Shown in pieces: positions 56,696 to 64,000 of a stretch of 64,000 nt of DNA. The stretch lies in the IMG/VR virus record IMGVR_UViG_3300042446_001168; one strand, given 5' to 3'. Source of the stretch: a virus. Both the position numbers and the translations under genes were made by a program. Under the pieces are notes generated by a model that worked only from the letters and a program-made list of their open reading frames with translations, was not told the DNA's origin and searched no databases. How positions within the stretch are numbered: position 1 is the first letter of the stretch; each line of letters opens with the position of its first letter.

Positions 56696-59014
56696 ATGGC
56701 AAATAATCTGATTCAAATTAAAAAGTCGCTCACTACAGCGCTACCAACGTCATTAGCTAATGGTGAAATGGCCTATACGGCCAATGGTGATGTACTCTAT
56801 ATTGGTAGTAACAATCTAGTTGAGGCAATCGGAGGAAGACGTAACCCCGGTGTACTCACAGCAAATCAAGCTCTGGTTACTAACTCTACCAGTTATATTG
56901 ATAGCGTAAAGACTGCAAATCTAGTAACTACTAAAATTTATGCCAATGGTGCTCATGGTACTACTGGACAAATAATTGTAGCCAATAGCACTGGAGGATT
57001 ATTCTGGACAGATCCTACTTCAGGAATAGCTGGATCAGATACTCAAGTTCAATTTAATAATGCTGGCACTCTTGCAGGATCAGCTGGGTTTACGTTCACC
57101 ACTGGATCAAACACACTTAACGTATCAAACACCATAACTGTTGGTGCAAATGTAAGTCTGAATACATCGGTCTTGAACATTGGTAATAGTACAGTCAATA
57201 CTGTAATCAACTCATCGTCAGTATCAACAAACTCTGTTTCAGGCTTTACGGTAACAGCTGCCAATGCTGTAATTACTAAAATTTATGCTAACAGTGCTCA
57301 TGGTACTACGGGCCAGCTGCTAACTGCAAACTCCACTGGAGGAATTCATTGGGCATCACCAGCAACAGAAATAACAGCTCTCAATGATCTTACAGACGTA
57401 GCAGTATCGTCAGCAACTACTGGCCAAATTCTAGTTGCTAACTCAACAGGATTTTTTAGAAACGTCTCATTGTCTGGTGATGTGACGATTGATTCGGCCG
57501 GTGTTGCTACTATTTCAGCAGATGCAACGGTGCTTGGAACAGATACCACTGGAGACTACGTCGCAACAATTACTGCTGGTGATGGTATTTCAGGATCAGG
57601 TACTGGTGAAGGTTCGGCTCCAACAATAGCAGTTGTTGCTGGTACTGGTGTTGTTTCTAACGCGACTGGCGTACACATTGGTCAAGCAGTAGGAACAACA
57701 AGTGATGTACAGTTTGGTATTGTCAATGCAGCTAGTCACACAGTAGGTTCTGCATTCATAGCCAACAGCACTGCTATTGTTAGTACCGGTTTTGCTAATA
57801 TAGCAACAAGTGTTAATTCTGCTATGCTAACAGTTGGTACAGCATTTATTGCTAATAGTACTGCAATAGTAGGTACTGGTTACGCTAATATTACTGGCAG
57901 TGTCAATGCATCTAGTCACACGGTTGGTACTGACTTTATAGCCAATAGTACTGGAGCATATCATACAGGGCTTGTAAATGCCGCGTCGTTCAGGGTTGGT
58001 ACTGACTTTATAGCCAACTCAACGGTAGTAACGATGAACAACGATGTGACTGTTGGTAGTAGTTCTGCCGACAGTGTGACGGTTAATGCTGGAGTAGCAT
58101 CAAGCCTTGTTCCTTCTGCCAATGTTACCTATGACCTTGGTACCAGTGCTAAGCGTTGGAAAGATTTATATCTAGCTGGATCGACTATCACAATTGGTAC
58201 TACAAGTATATCAGCTACTGATGGTACATTGTCTATTGGTAATACGTCTGCAGCAGAATTTTCAGCCACTGGTAATACTATCATTGGATCTGATTCTAGT
58301 GATGTTGTATCAATTAAGGCTACAGTTAATACTGATATTATACCAAATGCTAATGTTACATATAGTCTAGGTAATAATGCAAATCGATACCTCAAGGTTT
58401 TTGCTCAGAATGTACATTCCGAGTATTTGTATATTGATAAAGATGTAAATATTGTAGGTAACTTGGTTGTTTCCGGTTCGCTAGTGACAATCAATGTGGC
58501 AACCTTAGCGGTAACTGACTCATTAATTCAATTAGCTTCGAACAACCTCATTTCTGATACATTGGATATTGGATTCTTTGGTAGTTACCAAAGCGGGGCA
58601 GATCCTACCGAACACACTGGTTTCTTCAGAGATGCTACTGACGGTAAGTTCAGATTGTTTGATGGCCTCCAAACAGCACCAACTACTACTGTTGATATTG
58701 GCGCTGGTACATATAATAAAGCAACGTTAGTATCATTTATTGAAGCTCATGCACTGGTATCTAACTCTACTGCTGTTACGCTAACTGCCAACAGTACTGT
58801 TGCTGTTAATATTACAGCCAACTCAATATCTTTGGGTACCGCACTACCAGGAACAAGTGGTGGTACCGGGTTGTCTACAATTGGAGTTAATGAGATACTG
58901 GTTGGTAATGCAACAAACACGTATTCTAAATTGAGTCTGGGATCCGAAGGATTTGTTCTTCAATCTAACGGAACAGCTCTGGTGTATGCAACTCTTGATG
59001 GGGGAACTTTCTAA
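56696..59014 (+). CDS. Tail fibre / major-tropism-type structural protein
   Basis: IQIKKS...L.NGE.AY N-terminal module, QVQFNN, FIANST repeats, DGGTF end. Confidence 0.78.
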   Translation: MANNLIQIKKSLTTALPTSLANGEMAYTANGDVLYIGSNNLVEAIGGRRNPGVLTANQALVTNSTSYIDSVKTANLVTTKIYANGAHGTTGQIIVANSTGGLFWTDPTSGIAGSDTQVQFNNAGTLAGSAGFTFTTGSNTLNVSNTITVGANVSLNTSVLNIGNSTVNTVINSSSVSTNSVSGFTVTAANAVITKIYANSAHGTTGQLLTANSTGGIHWASPATEITALNDLTDVAVSSATTGQILVANSTGFFRNVSLSGDVTIDSAGVATISADATVLGTDTTGDYVATITAGDGISGSGTGEGSAPTIAVVAGTGVVSNATGVHIGQAVGTTSDVQFGIVNAASHTVGSAFIANSTAIVSTGFANIATSVNSAMLTVGTAFIANSTAIVGTGYANITGSVNASSHTVGTDFIANSTGAYHTGLVNAASFRVGTDFIANSTVVTMNNDVTVGSSSADSVTVNAGVASSLVPSANVTYDLGTSAKRWKDLYLAGSTITIGTTSISATDGTLSIGNTSAAEFSATGNTIIGSDSSDVVSIKATVNTDIIPNANVTYSLGNNANRYLKVFAQNVHSEYLYIDKDVNIVGNLVVSGSLVTINVATLAVTDSLIQLASNNLISDTLDIGFFGSYQSGADPTEHTGFFRDATDGKFRLFDGLQTAPTTTVDIGAGTYNKATLVSFIEAHALVSNSTAVTLTANSTVAVNITANSISLGTALPGTSGGTGLSTIGVNEILVGNATNTYSKLSLGSEGFVLQSNGTALVYATLDGGTF

Positions 59015-59218
59015 GTGGACGCTGAATTTATTAATGTATATATTGCAAAACAAAAATCCTGGATTGAAGATCTAACAGCAAAAATTATAATGATGGAAGT
59101 GCGTCTTCAGCTAGCCGAGGCCAGGTCGGCCAAGCTAGCTGAAGAATTAACCACCATAAGTAGTAAGCTGGAAAAGAATTCAAAGAAAAAATTAGATACA
59201 CCTGATTCAAGTTTTTAA
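59015..59218 (+). CDS. Small coiled-coil protein
   Basis: GTG start directly after the preceding stop. Confidence 0.65.
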   Translation: MDAEFINVYIAKQKSWIEDLTAKIIMMEVRLQLAEARSAKLAEELTTISSKLEKNSKKKLDTPDSSF

Positions 59219-59245
59219 CTCTATATAGAGTTTTTGAGGGGCCAC

Positions 59246-62200
59246 ATGGCTAATAAATTTCAAGTCAAACGTACGACGGTATCCGGCCGTACTCCAAATA
59301 CAACCAACTCTAGTAATTCTCGGTATATTGATACCGGAGAGCTGGCTCTCAATGTGCCAGATGGTAAACTGTATTCCTCTAACGGAACAGGCTACTTTGA
59401 GATTGGGGCTAACCTTCAGAATCTATCGGTAGCAGCAAACACCGTAATCAATAAGTTAGTAGCTAACGGGTCTTTGGGACAAAACACCCAGGTACTGGCT
59501 TCTAATGGAACATCTACTTACTGGGCCGATGCAGTGGTTGGCGAATTAGTGCTAACCGGTACGGATCTTGTTACAGATGTTTTTACTGGTAACGGAACCA
59601 ACACACAATTTACACTAAGCACAACTCCGTACGACGAATCAGCAGTAGCTGTAATTATTGACGGTGTAAGTCAACATAAATCAGCTTATAGTGTATCTGG
59701 TAATTTAATTATTTTTAGTAGTGCTCCATCACTTGATGCTGAAGTCGATGTTACTTGCTACACCACAACCTCAAATCGTCTCATGGGCATCGATGTCACT
59801 GTCGATACCTTTGTTGGTAATGGATCTAATACTAATTATAGCCTGAGTGTGACTCCTGATAGTGAGAGTCAGATACTAGTGGTTATTGATGGTGTAAGTC
59901 AACATAAATCAGCTTATAGTGTATCAGGATACATTCTAACCTTCAGTAGTGCACCATCAGTTGACGCTGAAATTGATGTTACAATATTTGCAACAGGTCC
60001 TGTTGGCGCAGGATCAAACACTAATGTGATGTTCAACGACGCTGGTACGTTTGAAGGATCAAATAATTTTGTATTCAATAAACTAAACAATACTCTGAGT
60101 GTAGACTCTCTACTCTTGAGTGATCGTGCTAACGCAACGTCATTTACAATTGGTTCATCGTTCGTAGCTAACTCTACTGGGGCCTTCCACACCGGTACAG
60201 TTAATGCAGCTAGTATTACTACTGCGGGAGTTGTCGCTAACGCTACATCGATTGCTCCAACGTCTAACACAATTCTACTAGGAAATACAATTGGTAGATT
60301 TGTAGTATATGCAAACACAGTCACTGCCTCTGGGTTAATCACGGGTGTGGATGGTGCAAATATTAGTGGCACTGCTAACCTAGTTGATGTTAATATATCT
60401 GGCAATCTAACCGTATCCGGTACAACTACCTACATCAATACCACAACACTCAATGTTGGGGATAACATAGTAACTCTGAATGCTGATTTGGGGCTGATAA
60501 GTCCATCAGAGAATGCTGGATTAGAAGTCAACAGAGGCACACTATCAAACGTAAGTTTCCTGTGGAACGAGACTTCCGACTCATGGACATCAGGTAACAC
60601 TGATATTACTGGATATGCAAATGCAACCATCAGTGTCAATTCCGCAGCACTTACTGTTGGGTCTGCTTTTATTGCTAATGCCTCTGCTCTTGTTATTACC
60701 ACTCCAGTAACTGCCAATGGTGGTACTGGTACATCGGGACAGGTGTTGAAGTCTAACGGATCTACCGGATCTCCTTACTGGGACGTTCCTGGTGCAACTG
60801 CAGGTGGATCTGATACACAGATTCAATTCAATGATGGTGGAACATCGTTAAACGCAACTGCTGGATTTACGTTTAATAAAGCTAGTAACACTGTATCTAT
60901 CAGCAATACCTTGTCAGTCAGTTCTGGCTTTTCTGTCAACTCATCCCAACTAACTGTTGGCACTCCTTTGTCTGCAAACGGAGTCACTGGTACTTCTGGG
61001 CATGCGCTCATATCTAACGGTTCTACCGGATCTCCTTACTGGGCAGCAGTCACTACTGGTACCGTAACCTCAGTTGCTACTGGCAACGGACTGACAGGTG
61101 GTCCAATCACATCTACTGGCACCATTGATGTGGTTGCTAACAACGGTATAATATCAAATTCAAGCGGGGTTTTTGCCAATGCTGGAACTGGTATTGTATC
61201 CAACGCAACAGGTATTCATGTTAATACCTCATATGTGGCCACACTAGACGCCAACAACGCTGGATACCTTGGAGGAACTGCTGCAGCATCATATGTTCAG
61301 AATACTGATTCTAGAACTCTTTCAGGCAATCTGGTAATATCAGGCACGCAGTTTACTCCATCATCAAACACTACTCTGCTTGGAAACTCTACTGCAAGAT
61401 GGGTGTTGTCTGCTAATAGCGGAGACTTTACAGGTACAGTATCTGGCACAGTAGCTAATATGTCTACTAGTGTTAACTCGGCAGCGTTATCAGTAGGCAC
61501 CGACTTTATTGCCAACTCTTCCCAGCTAACTGTCACTACTCCATTATCTGCTAACGCTACTGTAGGTACATCGGGACAGGTACTAAAGTCCAACGGATCT
61601 ACAGGATCTCCTTATTGGGGCAGTGTTACTACTGGTACAGTGACGTCTATTACTACCGGTAATGGGCTTAGTGGAGGACCAATCACATCCACTGGAACTG
61701 TTGATGTTGTAGCTGGCACCGGTATAATATCTAACACTACTGGTGTCCATGTTAATACCTCATACATCGCTACCCTTGACGCTAATAATGCTGGATATCT
61801 TGGAGGAACAGTAGCCGCATCTTATGTTCAGAATACAGATTCAAGAACATTATCTGGTAATCTGGTAATATCAGGTACACGGTTTACTCCAGCGTCAAAC
61901 ACTATACTACTTGGAAATTCAGTATCACGTTGGATATTGAGTGCTAATACGGGAGACTTTAGTGGTACGGTGTCTGGTACAGTTGCCGATATGACAACCA
62001 GTGTTAACTCGGCACTTTTGACGGTAGGTACCTCGTTTGTTGCTAATACTACTGGGGCCTATCACACTGGCACAGTCAATGCCGCATCGTACACAATTAA
62101 TACTAGTTACAGAGCAAATACTACTGGAATATACCATACTGGCACAGTCAATGCCGCATCGTACACAATTAATACTATTTACAGAGCAAATACTACTGGA

Positions 62201-64000
62201 ATATACCATACTGGCACAGTCAATGCGTCATCGTTCACCACATCTGGGTTAGTTGCTAATTCAACAGGTATAATTCCAACTTCAAACTCAGTTGGATCGT
62301 CACTAGGATCTTCAACTCAGCGTTGGAATCTTGATGCCAATGGTGCTACGTTCTCCGCTAACATTGCAATGGGCAACAATTATATTACTGGGCTCAGCGC
62401 GCCAATTAATAATCAGGATGCAGCTACTAAGGCGTATGTTGATGCTTTCCAGCAAGGTTTGCATGTTCACGAGGCATGCCATGTGGCAACAACAGATACT
62501 CTGGCAGTGATAACTGGTGGTAGTGTCACATACAATAATGGTACGTCTGGAGTAGGAGCTACTCTGACTCTTGGTACAGCTCTGACCTCACTAGATAGTC
62601 ACTCTCTTGTGAATGGTGATAGAGTGCTGGTCAAGAATCAATCCAACACTGCTCACAACGGAATATACACATGGGCCACCGGAGGAACTGTTCTCACCAG
62701 AGCCACTGATTTTGATACTGCTATTGAGATTGCAGGTGGTGATTTTACATTTGTCACAAACGGAACATTATACAATAGCACCGGATGGGTGCAGACTGAT
62801 GAAGTAACTACTATAGGAACAGATCCAGTTGCATTTGTACAGTTCTCTGGTCAAGGCCTCTATACGGCTGGTAGCTATCTGTACCTGAATGGATCTCAAT
62901 TCAATGTTAACGCAGCAAGTACGTCAACTGCATCTGTTGTGGTTGCTAGGGATACAGATAGTAACTTTAGTGCCAATACGATAACCGCTAACCTTGTGGG
63001 TGGTGCAGCTAATCTAACAACCAGTGTGAATAGTGCTTTGTTAACTGTTGGTACGTCGTTCATAGCCAATACTACTGGGGTGTATCATACAGGAACAATC
63101 AACGCTGCCTCGTATACCATCAGTACTAATTACAGAGCAAATACTACTGGGCTGTATCATACTGGCACAGTGAATGCAGCATCATTCACCACCACTGCCC
63201 TGAATGCTAATACTACTGCGTTGACAGTTACAGGATATGCTAATGTATCCACTAGTGTCAATAGTGCCTTACTAACTGTGGGAACAACATTCATTGCGAA
63301 TAGCACAGCTATTGTTGGTACTGGTTACGCCAATGTTACTGGTAGCGTTAATGCATCTAGCCACACTGTTGGGACAGCTTTCATTGCGAATAGCACAGCT
63401 ATTGTTGGTACTGGTTACGCCAATGTTACTGGTAGCGTTAATGCATCTAGCCACACTGTTGGGACAGCTTTCATTGCGAATAGCACAGCTATTGTTGGTA
63501 CTGGATATGCTAATGTAACAACCAGTGTTAACTCTGCTCTTTTAACTGTAGGAAGTGCATTTATTGCTAACAGTACTGCAATAGTAGGTACTGGATATGC
63601 TAATGTAACAACCAGTGTTAACTCTGCTCTTTTAACTGTAGGAACAGCGTTCATAGCCAACACCACTGGTGCATATCATACAGGCGTTGTCAATGCGGCT
63701 AGTTATACGGTAGGTGCTGCATTCATTGCTAACAGTACTGCAATAGTAGGTACTGGATATGCTAATGTTACTGGTAGTGTTAATGCATCTAGCCTTACAG
63801 TGGGAACTGCATTCATTGCTAACAGTAATCAATTAACACTGACAGGAATCCCATTATCTGGAAACGGTACTACGGGAACATCTGGTCAGGTATTAACATC
63901 TAACGGTACAACTGGATCACCATACTGGTCAACTGCAGCAGGTACACCTGCTGCTAGCTACGTTCAGAATACAGATTCAAGAACATTATCGGGCAACCTG
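59246..64000 (+). CDS. Long tail fibre protein, partial (runs off the window end; missing from the ORF track)
   Basis: ATG 59246 with GAGG RBS: MANKFQVKRTTVSGRTPNTT...GELALN..DGKLY; the same frame reads YVQNTDSRTLSGNL at 64000; contains DAATKAYVD and GDRVLVKNQ..NGIY modules. Confidence 0.85.
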   Translation, partial: MANKFQVKRTTVSGRTPNTTNSSNSRYIDTGELALNVPDGKLYSSNGTGYFEIGANLQNLSVAANTVINKLVANGSLGQNTQVLASNGTSTYWADAVVGELVLTGTDLVTDVFTGNGTNTQFTLSTTPYDESAVAVIIDGVSQHKSAYSVSGNLIIFSSAPSLDAEVDVTCYTTTSNRLMGIDVTVDTFVGNGSNTNYSLSVTPDSESQILVVIDGVSQHKSAYSVSGYILTFSSAPSVDAEIDVTIFATGPVGAGSNTNVMFNDAGTFEGSNNFVFNKLNNTLSVDSLLLSDRANATSFTIGSSFVANSTGAFHTGTVNAASITTAGVVANATSIAPTSNTILLGNTIGRFVVYANTVTASGLITGVDGANISGTANLVDVNISGNLTVSGTTTYINTTTLNVGDNIVTLNADLGLISPSENAGLEVNRGTLSNVSFLWNETSDSWTSGNTDITGYANATISVNSAALTVGSAFIANASALVITTPVTANGGTGTSGQVLKSNGSTGSPYWDVPGATAGGSDTQIQFNDGGTSLNATAGFTFNKASNTVSISNTLSVSSGFSVNSSQLTVGTPLSANGVTGTSGHALISNGSTGSPYWAAVTTGTVTSVATGNGLTGGPITSTGTIDVVANNGIISNSSGVFANAGTGIVSNATGIHVNTSYVATLDANNAGYLGGTAAASYVQNTDSRTLSGNLVISGTQFTPSSNTTLLGNSTARWVLSANSGDFTGTVSGTVANMSTSVNSAALSVGTDFIANSSQLTVTTPLSANATVGTSGQVLKSNGSTGSPYWGSVTTGTVTSITTGNGLSGGPITSTGTVDVVAGTGIISNTTGVHVNTSYIATLDANNAGYLGGTVAASYVQNTDSRTLSGNLVISGTRFTPASNTILLGNSVSRWILSANTGDFSGTVSGTVADMTTSVNSALLTVGTSFVANTTGAYHTGTVNAASYTINTSYRANTTGIYHTGTVNAASYTINTIYRANTTGIYHTGTVNASSFTTSGLVANSTGIIPTSNSVGSSLGSSTQRWNLDANGATFSANIAMGNNYITGLSAPINNQDAATKAYVDAFQQGLHVHEACHVATTDTLAVITGGSVTYNNGTSGVGATLTLGTALTSLDSHSLVNGDRVLVKNQSNTAHNGIYTWATGGTVLTRATDFDTAIEIAGGDFTFVTNGTLYNSTGWVQTDEVTTIGTDPVAFVQFSGQGLYTAGSYLYLNGSQFNVNAASTSTASVVVARDTDSNFSANTITANLVGGAANLTTSVNSALLTVGTSFIANTTGVYHTGTINAASYTISTNYRANTTGLYHTGTVNAASFTTTALNANTTALTVTGYANVSTSVNSALLTVGTTFIANSTAIVGTGYANVTGSVNASSHTVGTAFIANSTAIVGTGYANVTGSVNASSHTVGTAFIANSTAIVGTGYANVTTSVNSALLTVGSAFIANSTAIVGTGYANVTTSVNSALLTVGTAFIANTTGAYHTGVVNAASYTVGAAFIANSTAIVGTGYANVTGSVNASSLTVGTAFIANSNQLTLTGIPLSGNGTTGTSGQVLTSNGTTGSPYWSTAAGTPAASYVQNTDSRTLSGNL
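62066..62226 (+). repeat. 72-bp in-frame tandem repeat (about 2.2 copies)
   Basis: ACTGGCACAGTCAATGC recurs at 62066, 62138 and 62210. Confidence 0.9.
63290..63504 (+). repeat. Perfect 90-bp in-frame tandem repeat (about 2.4 copies), continuing as degenerate units to about 63830
   Basis: TTCATTGCGAATAGCACAGC... at 63290, 63380 and 63470; unit FIANSTAIVGTGYANVTGSVNASSHTVGTA. Confidence 0.92.

Noticed and set aside
62066-63830. Regularly spaced repeats as a possible CRISPR array
   Set aside because: Units are contiguous, in-frame coding repeats of 72 or 90 bp with no unique spacers
51077-63832. Many minus-strand ORFs of 60-213 aa over the tail fibre genes
   Set aside because: Shadow frames of Thr/Ala/Val/Gly-rich plus-strand genes; no RBS and no recognisable motifs
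50994-64000. Diversity-generating retroelement acting on the fibres
   Set aside because: No reverse transcriptase in the window and no non-coding template repeat with adenine-specific mismatches was seen
1-64000. Stop-codon reassignment (alternative genetic code)
   Set aside because: Core genes are full length in the standard bacterial code and TAA, TAG and TGA all end genes

Overview
This window is a segment of a large T4-like (Tevenvirinae/cyanophage-type myovirus) dsDNA phage genome, not a cellular chromosome. The host is probably an aquatic Betaproteobacterium (inference from the PqqA sequence and the tmRNA tag). 1-10.6 kb holds auxiliary and nucleic-acid genes: OprO/P phosphate porin, GIY-YIG nuclease, tRNA-Met(CAT), FkbM methyltransferase, eukaryote-type phosphomannomutase, GT4 glycosyltransferase, RNase H, 2OG-Fe(II) oxygenase and a PD-(D/E)XK exonuclease. 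10.7-23.8 kb is a hypervariable early region of small ORFs driven by a repeated sigma70-type promoter cassette (TGTTGACTTAAT...(G/T)ATAAT). It includes a GC-rich structured non-coding segment (candidate origin), IscA/ErpA and DUF932. 23.9-24.3 kb carries a phage pqqA precursor peptide and a circularly permuted two-piece tmRNA, both absent from the ORF track. 24.4-26.8 kb holds a SleB hydrolase, gp33, gp59 and gp32. 26.8-64 kb is the tail/baseplate module (tape measure with lysozyme, gp51, gp26, gp54, gp2, gp4, gp48, gp53, gp27-like, gp5, PAAR, gp25, gp6, gp7, gp8, DUF4815/VrlC) followed by repeat-rich tail fibres, the last running off the window end. Top findings: (1) a start-less gp51 frame joined to gp26 by a T TTT TTT -1 slippery site just upstream of the tape measure gene, the same layout as lambda G/GT; (2) phage-borne pqqA; (3) permuted tmRNA; (4) N-X-S/T-rich virion proteins alongside sugar-activation and transfer genes (possible virion glycosylation); (5) a back-to-back antisense early promoter pair. 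All family calls are from motif recognition by eye; no database searches were run.
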